Positions 28,091 to 37,495 of a stretch of DNA of 48,986 nucleotides are shown in pieces. The number at the start of each line of letters is the position of its first letter. The stretch's first letter is position 1. Source of the DNA: Verrucomicrobiota bacterium (GTDB lineage Bacteria > Verrucomicrobiota > Verrucomicrobiia > Limisphaerales > AAA164-E04); the NCBI GenBank assembly GCA_040264395.1, contig JBDQII010000001.1, positions 1 through 48,986 on the forward strand, in the 5' to 3' direction. The notes below the pieces were generated by a model. That model did no database searches, had not been told where the DNA came from, and saw only the letters and a list, made by a program, of their open reading frames with translations. A program made the position numbers and the translations under genes.

Positions 28091-29248
28091 TCACAGTCCA
28101 AATTCGGTGAGCGATAATCTTTGAAATACGAGATCTGCAACAGAAGACTCATAAAGAATTCCGAGGGTTCTATCGTCTATCATTACCAAAGAGCTGTAGG
28201 CTCCACCCTGCTCATCGAGCAGCACCTGCTGATTGGAAGGCCACGTTCTGCCGTCATCAAGACTCACCCTGACAGTCATTCGCTCGCGTCTTGTCTTACT
28301 ATTCGGATTTGAAAAAAACAGGATCTGCTTGCCATCAGCCAACGTATGTGAAATCAAACTGGCCATGCAAACCGGCTCAGGCAAGGCAAGGTGGTCGGAT
28401 ACATGCTTTGTCCACGTTTTACCTAAGTCTCGAGTCACACTGACCGCCCTGCCATTCGTATCAGACTTGTCTTTTCGATTTCGATTGTCCCTCATATTCA
28501 ACATGAGTGACCCATTGGATAATTCCACAACTGCACATTCAGTAGTATTCGATCGAGCATGACGCCCAAGTGTCCAGGATTCCCCATGATCACGGCTCCA
28601 CATGAGATTTGAAAATGGCAGGCCCTCAGCATCTCGACCTTGCGTTGGCATGACAAGGGTCCCATCACGCATGGTTATCCCGTTTCCTGGAGCAGGAGCA
28701 AATAAATACCATTCCGAATTTTTCAGACGTGTCGTCCAGTTCTTGGGTGGGGTCCACGTGATTCCATCATCCGTTGAACGGACCATGATGAACTGAGTCG
28801 ATTGAGTAAGGTCGTGACCTGGTTCCGAACCTTTGCCTCTCCACTGATGAGTCCCAGGCTTGCCGTGAGTCCAAAGGGCTGCGACGAAAATTTCTCCTGT
28901 TTGACGATCGACAAGTATGTTGGGGTCCGAGCAGCCATTCTGATCCTCACCCAGTCCTCCAAAAGAACCCATGTCCATGATAGGTCGCGGAGCTTCCCAA
29001 GTTTTGCCTCCATCCGTGGATCGAGACAAGCCGATGTCCATATGCCCCTGCAAGTCACGACGACTGTTGTAACGCATGTCGTATACTGCGAGTAAGGTTC
29101 CGTTAAGGGTCCGAGTGATCGCAGGTATCCTGAAGGTATGACAATTTACTTCGCCTTGCTTGTGAATGATGACCATCGATCGCTCCCCTCCAAACAAGCC
29201 AAGTGGCGACATGAATAGAACTAACAGGTATTTTATGAAATGCTGCAT
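28091..29248 (-). CDS. Exo-alpha-sialidase (GH33, BNR/Asp-box beta-propeller), secreted
   Basis: FRIPAI (RIP motif) and five Asp-boxes: SRSTDGGKTW, RSTDDGITW, SRDHGESW, TRDLGKTW, SLDDGRTW. The ATG at 29248 gives the signal MQHFIKYLLVLFMSPLGLFG. The 81 codons further upstream in the ORF track overlap the neighbouring promoter and gene and carry no motif. Confidence 0.88.
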   Translation of the reverse strand: MQHFIKYLLVLFMSPLGLFGGERSMVIIHKQGEVNCHTFRIPAITRTLNGTLLAVYDMRYNSRRDLQGHMDIGLSRSTDGGKTWEAPRPIMDMGSFGGLGEDQNGCSDPNILVDRQTGEIFVAALWTHGKPGTHQWRGKGSEPGHDLTQSTQFIMVRSTDDGITWTPPKNWTTRLKNSEWYLFAPAPGNGITMRDGTLVMPTQGRDAEGLPFSNLMWSRDHGESWTLGRHARSNTTECAVVELSNGSLMLNMRDNRNRKDKSDTNGRAVSVTRDLGKTWTKHVSDHLALPEPVCMASLISHTLADGKQILFFSNPNSKTRRERMTVRVSLDDGRTWPSNQQVLLDEQGGAYSSLVMIDDRTLGILYESSVADLVFQRLSLTEFGL

Positions 29249-29480
29249 ATTGAATTTGACGGTTGAGATGATAATGGTCAAATCTAAGGGGAGAGAACGT
29301 CCTGTTACCAAACAAAACGAGTATTTGTTAATCCACCATCCTACAGGATAGCAGGCGATATGCTGCGCAGACGGAAGGATGGATTTTCTTAGTAAGTGAT
29401 CATTTAAAAAGCGATTCGTTCCTTGAACTATACAAGTCCTTAAAATAACGAACCAAAAAATCGATTCCATTGAATACAAT

Positions 29481-29912
29481 ATGAGACTCAATCCATTTCA
29501 CATCGCTATTCCCGTCAGAGACATTCCTGAAAGCCGTAGGTTTTATGCGGATGTCCTTGGATGTGCCGAAGGTCGAAGCGATCAATCGTGGGTTGATTTC
29601 AACTTATTTGGTCACCAGTTTGTGTGTCATTTGAATCCAGATATCGGAAAAGACGGAAAGGTTGAATCCCATTATAATCCGGTCGATGGACATGGTGTGC
29701 CAGTACCCCATTACGGGGTTGTGCTTGAGATGGAACAATGGGAAAACCTTGCCACCAACCTCAAGCAACACAAAATCGAATTCATCATTGAACCCTATGT
29801 CCGCTTCAAGGGACAAACCGGGGAACAGGCCACCATGTTTTTTCTGGATCCGTCAGGAAATGCGTTGGAGTTTAAAGCGTTCAAGGATATGTCTCAGTTG
29901 TTCGCAATCTGA
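29481..29912 (+). CDS. VOC family protein (glyoxalase / bleomycin resistance / dioxygenase fold)
   Basis: MRLNPFHIAIPVRDIPESRRFYADVLG, HYGVVL and FFLDPSGNALEF. Confidence 0.75.
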   Translation: MRLNPFHIAIPVRDIPESRRFYADVLGCAEGRSDQSWVDFNLFGHQFVCHLNPDIGKDGKVESHYNPVDGHGVPVPHYGVVLEMEQWENLATNLKQHKIEFIIEPYVRFKGQTGEQATMFFLDPSGNALEFKAFKDMSQLFAI

Positions 29913-30058
29913 ATCAATCTAATTTTGCACTTCATTGGTTTCAATTGATTTATCAAAATTGAACTGTAGAAGTTTATCATCCCATTCTAAGCAAATAACA
30001 AAAAATGCATTGCTGAAACTCCGTTTTGACCAGAGTAAGGAATAGTTATTGTACAGAC

Positions 30059-30556
30059 ATGAAATGGACATGTAGCTCATGTAGCGAAGAAATTGAAAAG
30101 GATTTTGATTCCTGCTGGAGTTGTGGAACAGGAAAAGACGGTCGTGAACCTCCTCCTAACTGGGTGAAAGAAAATCCCCATTCCCATCCACCGATGCCTG
30201 ATATAGCATGCTCAACAACACCTCATATACCTGGTCGAACGGTTGATGTGTCAAAAGGAATAGTCTGTGGTGAAGCTATTATGGGTGCCAATATTCTGAG
30301 GGACCTTGTTGCAGGTATCACTGATATTGTGGGTGGCCGGTCCGGTGCATATGAAGGAAAACTTCGCGAAGGCCGGGCGATAGCGATTAGAGAGATGATG
30401 CAGGAGGCAGAAAATATTGGAGCACACGCCGTTGTTGGTGTTGATATTGATTATGAAACGGTTGCCGAAACAATGCTTATGGTGAGTGCATCAGGTACTG
30501 CGGTCTTACTCAAGCCAGCAAACAGCATTAAGAACGCCTTGAATAAAAAAAGGTAG
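30059..30556 (+). CDS. YbjQ/UPF0145 domain protein with an N-terminal CxxC-N11-CxxC zinc ribbon
   Basis: [23 protein letters not shown], then TTPHIPGR...[10 protein letters not shown]....[11 protein letters not shown]......A...M...A...[13 protein letters not shown]...[11 protein letters not shown]. Confidence 0.7.
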   Translation: MKWTCSSCSEEIEKDFDSCWSCGTGKDGREPPPNWVKENPHSHPPMPDIACSTTPHIPGRTVDVSKGIVCGEAIMGANILRDLVAGITDIVGGRSGAYEGKLREGRAIAIREMMQEAENIGAHAVVGVDIDYETVAETMLMVSASGTAVLLKPANSIKNALNKKR

Positions 30557-30825
30557 TGATCATGGGAGTCGTCATTTACACATCAAACATCAAGCATGAA
30601 AATTGATACAACGACGTTCTGGGGTAAGGGCGCCAAAAAAGACGTGAATCAGGAAGGATTTCCAGAAACTGAAAATAGACTTACAGCGGATCCCGCATTG
30701 GGTTCGCTCAGTGATCAAGTTGTTTCTCTCATCACCGCAAAAGGCTGTCGTTTTGCTGGCTATGTTGCTTTCCATAGATCGTCCAATAGGCGCATACGTT
30801 GAGTCATATTTTGAATAGTGAAATC

Positions 30826-31872
30826 ATGATTCGCCCTCTCATACTAGTCTGTCTGACGTTCATATTGACGAGCCGCCATGCATGTCATGCAGACCCTGGA
30901 TCTTTTTTGAAAAAAGAGAATCGTTGGTTTACAGGAGAAGAAGCCCTGGCAATCGCACAAAATATCCTATCCTTTCAATCAGACCTTGGAGGTTGGCCAA
31001 AAAATATTTCCACAACCGAAGGCTCGTATAAGGGTGACCCTAAGAATCTGAAACCAACCTACGACAACGGTGCTACAACAGATGAACTGCGTTTCCTGGC
31101 CCGCATGTTCAATGCAACAAAGAAACCAATTTTCAAAGCAGCGTTTGACCATGGCTTAAACTACATCCTCAAAGGCCAGTATTCCAATGGCGGATGGCCC
31201 CAGTTTCACCCACCAGGAAAAGGCTACCATCGACATATAACATTTAATGACAATGCAATGGTTCGAATTCTGGAATTCTTGCGCGAGGTTCAAACCAAAG
31301 AAACCTATCAATTCGTGAGCAAAGAACATCAGACACAAACAAGGAATGCTTTTGAGAAGGGGATTGGCTGTATTCTGAAGTGTCAGATTCAATTGAATGG
31401 CAAACGGACTGCATGGTGCGCACAGCATGATGAAAAAGACTTCCGTCCACAATCGGGTCGAAGCTATGAATTGATATCGTTGAGCGGATCTGAATCTGTG
31501 GGTATTGTCCGGCTGTTGATGAGTATCAAGTCACCATCATCTGAGATGGTCGATGCGATTGAATCGGCCATTGATTGGTTTGAATCCAGTAAATTGACAG
31601 GAATTCGTTTACTCACTCTGGATGCCCCCAAAACACCCGGAGGACGCGACAAGATCGTTGTCAATGAAAAGAACGCCCCTCCACTGTGGGCACGTTTCTA
31701 TTCCCTGGAATCATCACGACCTATGTTTGTCGATCGAGATGGTCTCCCAAAGGATCAACTGGCTGACATCGGTTATGAAAGACGCAATGGCTATGCGTGG
31801 TATGGCACATGGCCGCAGCGATTGATAGAACACGAGTATCCTGCATGGAAAAAAAGAAGACAGAAAAATTAA
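30826..31872 (+). CDS. Pectate lyase, PelA/Pel-15E (PL10-like) family, secreted
   Basis: Signal MIRPLILVCLTFILTS. LSFQSDLGGWPKN, DNGATTDELRFLA, QYSNGGWPQFHP, ITFNDNAM and AWCAQHD match my recollection of PL10 conserved blocks. Confidence 0.6.
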   Translation: MIRPLILVCLTFILTSRHACHADPGSFLKKENRWFTGEEALAIAQNILSFQSDLGGWPKNISTTEGSYKGDPKNLKPTYDNGATTDELRFLARMFNATKKPIFKAAFDHGLNYILKGQYSNGGWPQFHPPGKGYHRHITFNDNAMVRILEFLREVQTKETYQFVSKEHQTQTRNAFEKGIGCILKCQIQLNGKRTAWCAQHDEKDFRPQSGRSYELISLSGSESVGIVRLLMSIKSPSSEMVDAIESAIDWFESSKLTGIRLLTLDAPKTPGGRDKIVVNEKNAPPLWARFYSLESSRPMFVDRDGLPKDQLADIGYERRNGYAWYGTWPQRLIEHEYPAWKKRRQKN

Positions 31873-31962
31873 AGGTATCTTTTTTGTGAAGCTACTGGAC
31901 CAATTTTCAACCTCATCCTGACCTCAGGTCTTGCTACAAACAATCCAGTCACAGGTAAGTAA

Positions 31963-32274
31963 TCCAATCTACCCCGCATCGTATTCATGTATGCGGATGA
32001 TCTGGGTTGTGCGAATTTGAGCTGCTGCGGGACCCCTTACGCTAAAACTCAAAATCTTGATTGTTTGGCATGGGATTCATTCGAAGCTCACAACGTGGCC
32101 GGTCGTTATCCAGGAATTTCAAAGGCGATGAACATGAAAGTGAAATCGTGGCTCTTGCTGCTGCCTCTTGACTACGAAAAGTTACCTAAAGCACAAAATT
32201 GGTTTCCAGAACAATCAGGAATGTGGGGTATTTTCATCGGGTTACATCATGGAAATACTAGAAATTCAGCATGA
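31963..32274 (+). pseudogene. Sulfatase gene relic: N-terminal block joined to a C-terminal tail, with the catalytic core deleted
   Basis: Immediately after an in-frame stop the frame reads SNLPRIVFMYADDLGCANLSCCGTPYAKTQNLDCLAWDSF. The intact paralogue at 5900 reads LPNIVILYADDLGYGDVQCYN...TPHIDRLARGGMRF. The relic continues directly into FEAHNVAGRYPGISKAMNMKVKSWL, a typical sulfatase C-terminal tail. No CxPxR motif is present. Confidence 0.6.
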
Positions 32275-32419
32275 AAGCCTTGAAAAAAGGGTCGCGTGCC
32301 GTCTTTTGTGGAGTGATAAACTGCTGACATAAATACGGGGAACATGTCACCTTGCTTAAGTACGACTGATTGTGGGTGCATGATTACGATCAAGCAATAC
32401 ATCCGTCACCCTGGTGCAC

Positions 32420-34807
32420 TTATCGCTGTCGGAAAAAATCTGACAATACAAAAGCACGTATCAGGCTTTTTAGACGGAACCCATCTTCACTTGCCTTTTT
32501 AGCAACTAGGGTCAACTGATCACGGTCGTCAATCGTCAGCACCCGGCGTAGGGCATAGGTTGCGAGATGCTCCAAAAAGGCTGCCGCTAATTTCTCGTCG
32601 TCTTGAGCCAGTAGCTGCTTGAATTGGGCTGGGCCATCAAACGTACTACCATCAGGGAGTGCACCAGACGCATCCACAGCTGGATTCTCTCCAATCCCAT
32701 CTGTTACATTTTCGTTTTCTCGCCAACGCCCAATGGCATCGTAGTTCTCAAACGCAAATCCCAGAGGATCTATTTTGGCATGACAGGAGACACAGTTTGG
32801 ATCGGTCGCATGCATTTCCAATTTTGAACGTATACTTTGTTTGGGTTTCTTTCCTGTAACCGGCTCCAGTGGATCTACATTGGGAGGCGGTGGGGTAGGC
32901 GTTCTGGCAAGCATAGTCTCCAAAATCCAGGCACCTCGATGCACCGGACGATGCCGTGTTCCATCGGATGTTAAGGACAAAACTGACGCGTGAGTCAGGA
33001 TACCGCCTCGCTGTGATGTGTTATCCTTCCAACGAAATCGCGCGAAACCTGTGCAGTCTGGTTGAAACACATCATAATGAAGGGCAAGTCGAGGATTAAG
33101 CACCGTCCAGTTGGAATCCACCAGTTCCCTTACAGACAAATCCTGCTCAAACATCTCTTTGAAATAATACGTCGTTTCCTGAATCATACTTTCTTCAAGC
33201 AAAGGATCATAGTTTGGATACAGTTGAGGGTCTGGCTGAAACATCCCCACACGGTGAAGCTGCAACCATTGCTTCGGAAATGAATCAAGGAATCGATTGA
33301 TCTTTGGATCTCTGATCATGCGCTCAAATTCCAACGCCAATGTCGACGGTAGATGAAGCTCTCCCTGCTTTGCTTCATTGGACAATTGTTCATCCGGCAT
33401 GGAACTCCAAAGCAAATAAGAAAGCCTGCAGGCGAGTTCAAAGTCGTTCACATGAGTTTTATTTTCATCAGGTGCTCCCTCTTGTATACAAAAGAAACTG
33501 CGGGAAACCAGCATACTCGCAAGAGCCGATCGATAAGCTGAATTGAAAGTTTCCCCAGCTGCAATTTCACTGTCGACAAGTTCAGCGTAGGGTGAAATTT
33601 CGACATCCTCTACAGGACGACGCCATGCATACTCTGCAAATCGACTCAGACGATTGAGTCTTTCTTCAAAAGTATGGGACTTTTCGGAAAAAAATATCTG
33701 GCGCTTTGTGTGAGTATCATCTTTGGTGACAGGGCCCTCCACTTCCACCCAATCCACCAAAAGCAGTGGCATGGTTGGTAGGCCATTCTCGTCTACAACT
33801 TTTGTCCAGGGGGATCGGTGTTTTCCTGTCAGAGATGTAACTGATTGATTGGCATCAATGGTTTCGTTACGGAAAAGTGAAATCCCGCCATTGGCATGCT
33901 TTACGGTACGAGCATGATTACGAATAGTGTAGTTTCCCGCCGGGTAAAGCCCTTCGAACTCGATTGATGTTGGTGCATCTTCTTCTGCAATCAGGTCGAT
34001 CCCATCGAATGAGCGCTTGTGTTGCGTATGCCATATCGATAAGTGCGGTAATCGACCCGTAAAAGCGGGCAATCCGCTGGCACGAACTTTCAACCGGTAA
34101 TACCCGGGGCTTTTCAATCGAAATCCCCAACCTTCTCCCAACTGCAGAAGCTGGCGCTTACCCTCTCCGACAATTTTTCGCTCCTTCATGGAAACCTGCT
34201 TTTCATCGGGAAAAGCAAGTCCAATGACCTTGTCGGCTGCCTCCATGTATCGCTGAATATGCGAAGGCGCAAGGGAAAGCAAAGCTCCTACCCGATCAAA
34301 ACCATGCCAACGCGGATCCTCATTGAACGCACCCGGTGCATCCACATCAAAGACAACGCCCAATAGATCATAAACCGTGTGCGCATATTCATGCCGACTC
34401 AACCGGTATTGCTCAAAACGTCCGCGCTTTGCCATTCGGGCAGCCGTTCCCTCACGAACTTTCTGCACAATATAATCTACCGTCTCACCAATTGCTTGAG
34501 TGGTAGGCTGCGGCTCTTCCGGAGGCGGCATCTCAGCTGATTTGATGCGAAAAGCAACTTCACTCCACTTTTCAGCCACCATTGGATTGTTAAAATCAGG
34601 CAGCAAGGTATCAATACGGAAATTCCCCTTGCGCTTGGTTTCACCATGGCACTTCACACAATACGATTCGAAGAATGCGCGCGCGTCCGAATTCAGCCCC
34701 TCCTCGGAAGCGAACATGAAATGAGGGTTATTGATAACAAATACGATACCGATGAACCAAATGTAAAGTCGTTGAGCCAATTTGAAATGATATGGATTAG
34801 CATTCAT
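32420..34807 (-). CDS. DUF1585/1587/1588/1592/1595 (PSCyt3/PSD) multi-domain protein with a cytochrome c-like motif
   Basis: N-terminal CVKCHG heme-type motif. C-terminal CVSCHAKIDPLGFAFENYDAIGRWR and LIRAFVLSDFFRQR are typical of this planctomycete-type family. Its ATG overlaps the upstream stop (ATGA at 34804-34807). Confidence 0.85.
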   Translation of the reverse strand: MNANPYHFKLAQRLYIWFIGIVFVINNPHFMFASEEGLNSDARAFFESYCVKCHGETKRKGNFRIDTLLPDFNNPMVAEKWSEVAFRIKSAEMPPPEEPQPTTQAIGETVDYIVQKVREGTAARMAKRGRFEQYRLSRHEYAHTVYDLLGVVFDVDAPGAFNEDPRWHGFDRVGALLSLAPSHIQRYMEAADKVIGLAFPDEKQVSMKERKIVGEGKRQLLQLGEGWGFRLKSPGYYRLKVRASGLPAFTGRLPHLSIWHTQHKRSFDGIDLIAEEDAPTSIEFEGLYPAGNYTIRNHARTVKHANGGISLFRNETIDANQSVTSLTGKHRSPWTKVVDENGLPTMPLLLVDWVEVEGPVTKDDTHTKRQIFFSEKSHTFEERLNRLSRFAEYAWRRPVEDVEISPYAELVDSEIAAGETFNSAYRSALASMLVSRSFFCIQEGAPDENKTHVNDFELACRLSYLLWSSMPDEQLSNEAKQGELHLPSTLALEFERMIRDPKINRFLDSFPKQWLQLHRVGMFQPDPQLYPNYDPLLEESMIQETTYYFKEMFEQDLSVRELVDSNWTVLNPRLALHYDVFQPDCTGFARFRWKDNTSQRGGILTHASVLSLTSDGTRHRPVHRGAWILETMLARTPTPPPPNVDPLEPVTGKKPKQSIRSKLEMHATDPNCVSCHAKIDPLGFAFENYDAIGRWRENENVTDGIGENPAVDASGALPDGSTFDGPAQFKQLLAQDDEKLAAAFLEHLATYALRRVLTIDDRDQLTLVAKKASEDGFRLKSLIRAFVLSDFFRQR

Positions 34808-36000
34808 GGTAGATGCATTTTTGATGCACGTTCGAAATCCTCAGGTGTCACCAACCATTCATCAAAAGGCAGAAGCACATAATTCCAAGGGCCCTTGAGC
34901 CTCACAACACGGCCACTACGAAAGCCATCAAGCATTTGAGGCACTTTCAATTGAATTTGTATACCACTACTCCAAGGGGAGGTGTTTGGATATTCCTTCC
35001 AACGAATTTTTTGGCACGGAACAGCGTATTCGGCGTGGTAGGCCCAAGTTCGCAATGTCATTTCTGCATCACATATTTTCAGATGCGAGATCTCCCTGAG
35101 CTCTTCATACAGGAGATTGTCCATTCCACCAAACAAAGTCACCGTCATTTCCCCTCCCCCGGTGTCGTTGTTTTTTACCCCATCCACCCATGCAGGAAGA
35201 AAACGTGAGCGAATGAGCTTGAGGTGTCGCTGACGCTGAATCTCCCTGAATGCAGCTAAACTTACCTCATCCATCCAAAGGTCAGTTGCAGCCAAACTTG
35301 CGAATGGCCCCCAGGTCAAATTCGCCTGAACCAGAAGTCCCGCCTCAAGCTCGGATAAATCCACCAGCCTGGCGTCTTTCCAAATTCGGGTGGAATCATC
35401 AATATCAAAGAGTGCTGACTTGTTGATTGCCCCTTCAATTTCAGGTCCTACGGGCTCAACGGAAAGTTTCAATCGTGGGGCAGGCCCACCACCTTGTTCA
35501 GTTCCAATAATTCTCCAGGAACGCCCTCTGCGGGAATAGAAGCTAACATCATCCTCCAAAAGAATGGCATGGTTGTATTGCCCGTCAGGGTTTTGAGCCA
35601 ACTGCGCATCCGACAAAGGCGGAATGGTTTTTTCTTCGCCTTTCATCGGTAGAAGAAAACGCCCATGCATGTGAGTGCCAACCGGTATATCACGTAGATC
35701 AGCCGGAGCCCCGTGATAATAAACAGTGCCGTATGGGAGCATTGCAAAATACTGTCGCCTGGGGTCAGAGGTGGCATCTCCTTTTCTAAGCCCTCCACGA
35801 CGGTTCATTGGATCAATGTGGACCAAGTCACCGGCAAAATGAATTCCCGCGCCTTCAGGCGGAAACTGGCCCGGGACCGGAACATGATCTCGGAGCTGAT
35901 CGACAAGCTCGATCTCGTTTCCATACAGGGGTGCAAGCAACAAGTTCGTCGCAGAAATGAGTACCCAGAACCAAGGATGTCGATTACTTTCCATTACCAT
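34804..36000 (-). CDS. Hypothetical secreted protein with no recognisable family
   Basis: 398-codon ORF with a signal-like N-terminus (HPWFWVLISATNLLLAPLYG). It is wedged between the DUF1552 gene, whose stop lies 5 nt upstream, and the DUF1592-family gene, with which it overlaps by 4 nt. Confidence 0.7.
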   Translation of the reverse strand: MVMESNRHPWFWVLISATNLLLAPLYGNEIELVDQLRDHVPVPGQFPPEGAGIHFAGDLVHIDPMNRRGGLRKGDATSDPRRQYFAMLPYGTVYYHGAPADLRDIPVGTHMHGRFLLPMKGEEKTIPPLSDAQLAQNPDGQYNHAILLEDDVSFYSRRGRSWRIIGTEQGGGPAPRLKLSVEPVGPEIEGAINKSALFDIDDSTRIWKDARLVDLSELEAGLLVQANLTWGPFASLAATDLWMDEVSLAAFREIQRQRHLKLIRSRFLPAWVDGVKNNDTGGGEMTVTLFGGMDNLLYEELREISHLKICDAEMTLRTWAYHAEYAVPCQKIRWKEYPNTSPWSSGIQIQLKVPQMLDGFRSGRVVRLKGPWNYVLLPFDEWLVTPEDFERASKMHLP

Positions 36001-36005
36001 TCAAT

Positions 36006-37358
36006 TCAAACCAATACCTCGGAAACGACCCCATTCGAATCGGCGAAGGATTCAACTTCGACACCCGCTCGCTGAGCTATGGTCAACAGGAGATTACTGA
36101 AGTGAGCTTTTGAATTGACCGGACTGTGATAATGCTTGATGCCGTTCCCATAGCCCTTGAAATCACTTGTCTTCTGATTGTAGTCTACATGTGAACCGTG
36201 TTTGAAACCAAGGCTCCGCCCCCCTGCCAACACAAGCGGCAAACTGGCAGTACCATGACTGTTACCATAAGAAAGGCCACTGCCATAAAGCGCCATGGTC
36301 GAATCAATCAACCGTTCCCCTTGATCCTGTGTGTCAATGAGTCGCCCCAGGAAATAGGCAAACTGTTTTAAATTGAAAACATCACTCTTTGTAAGTTGCT
36401 CAAGCAGTTCATTGTCGCCGTTATGATGCGAAAGTGAATGACGGTCGCGGTCAACACCTATCTCAGGCACGGAGGGGCCGGTTCCTTCATTACCCGTATT
36501 GAAAGTAACGACACGTGTCATGTCCATTTGAAATGCCAATACGATGATGTCGTAGATAGTGCGCAGGTATTCACCAAGTCGCTCCAATTGAATTTCTCGA
36601 TTGAGTCTCGCAGCAATGCTGCGGTCAATGTCAGGCCTTGGAGTATCCAACCATAATTCAGCTCGTTGCGTTCTTGCTTCTACTTCGCGTACGGCAACTA
36701 GATACTGATCCAGTCTGCCTCTGTCATCACTTCCCAACTGTTTTGCAAATCTTTTGGCGTCATTATGAACGAGATCCAGAATGCTTTGTTTGCGTTTGAG
36801 GTCACGACGTTGCTTGGCAATGCCTCCAGATGGTTCGTTGAAAAGGCTTTGAAAAATGACAGCTGGGCTTTTCTGTGTCGGGAGGGAAATGCCGTCGGCA
36901 CTGATCGCCATTGGAAGACCTTGGTTACTGATTTGAAGCGAGGGAAATCGGGTTTTCGCTCCAGAGTCCTGAGCAATCAACTGATCTACAGAAATGGTGT
37001 TTTTGTCGGAGGGACCATGTTTGGCGGCAGTCAACCACGTCTGGGTTGCATTATGGGCAACCCCGAAAGCATTTGGATGATAAAAGCCGCTGATGGGCGT
37101 GCATTCAGCACGGTATTCAGCCAGCGGAGAAAGAGTTCGGGAAAGCTCGTAAACAGACCCTGATTCACGTATCTGAAAATCGTCTGTATTTACACCGTTG
37201 GGCAGGTAGATGAAAACATTGCGTCGGGGACGCTGCTGATTCTCTCCAGCTCTGAGCGGACGCATACAATCGAGCATCGGAAGCATCATCGAGACGCCAA
37301 GACCTCTCAGAAAATGTCGCCTGTGGACTAACCAATTTTGCGAAAGGAAATTTGCCAT
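36006..37358 (-). CDS. DUF1552 (HXXSHH family) protein with a Tat-type signal
   Basis: RRHFLRGLGVSMMLPMLD N-terminus. The diagnostic HXXSHH motif is present as RHSLSHHNG. GSGLSYGNSHG and LPLVLAGG. Confidence 0.88.
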   Translation of the reverse strand: MANFLSQNWLVHRRHFLRGLGVSMMLPMLDCMRPLRAGENQQRPRRNVFIYLPNGVNTDDFQIRESGSVYELSRTLSPLAEYRAECTPISGFYHPNAFGVAHNATQTWLTAAKHGPSDKNTISVDQLIAQDSGAKTRFPSLQISNQGLPMAISADGISLPTQKSPAVIFQSLFNEPSGGIAKQRRDLKRKQSILDLVHNDAKRFAKQLGSDDRGRLDQYLVAVREVEARTQRAELWLDTPRPDIDRSIAARLNREIQLERLGEYLRTIYDIIVLAFQMDMTRVVTFNTGNEGTGPSVPEIGVDRDRHSLSHHNGDNELLEQLTKSDVFNLKQFAYFLGRLIDTQDQGERLIDSTMALYGSGLSYGNSHGTASLPLVLAGGRSLGFKHGSHVDYNQKTSDFKGYGNGIKHYHSPVNSKAHFSNLLLTIAQRAGVEVESFADSNGVVSEVLV

Positions 37359-37495
37359 GATTGGTTAAGATCCTAACATAAAAAAGGCCTTCATGTAAAG
37401 ACGCAGAAACTCTAACCGCATCCGTGGGATCATTCGTTGGAAAACAGGAATGGCCGGATCCCAATGCGACTCATTCATCCAGATCTCGTTCCAAC

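Noticed and set aside
29249-29491. The 81-codon N-terminal extension of the sialidase ORF.
   Set aside because: It overlaps the start of the divergent VOC gene and is AT-rich. The internal ATG at 29248 gives a classical signal peptide immediately before the FRIP motif.
30596-30802. A 68-aa ORF in the 269-bp spacer between the YbjQ-like and PL10-like genes.
   Set aside because: It has no recognisable motif, signal peptide or ribosome-binding site, so I cannot tell it apart from a chance ORF.
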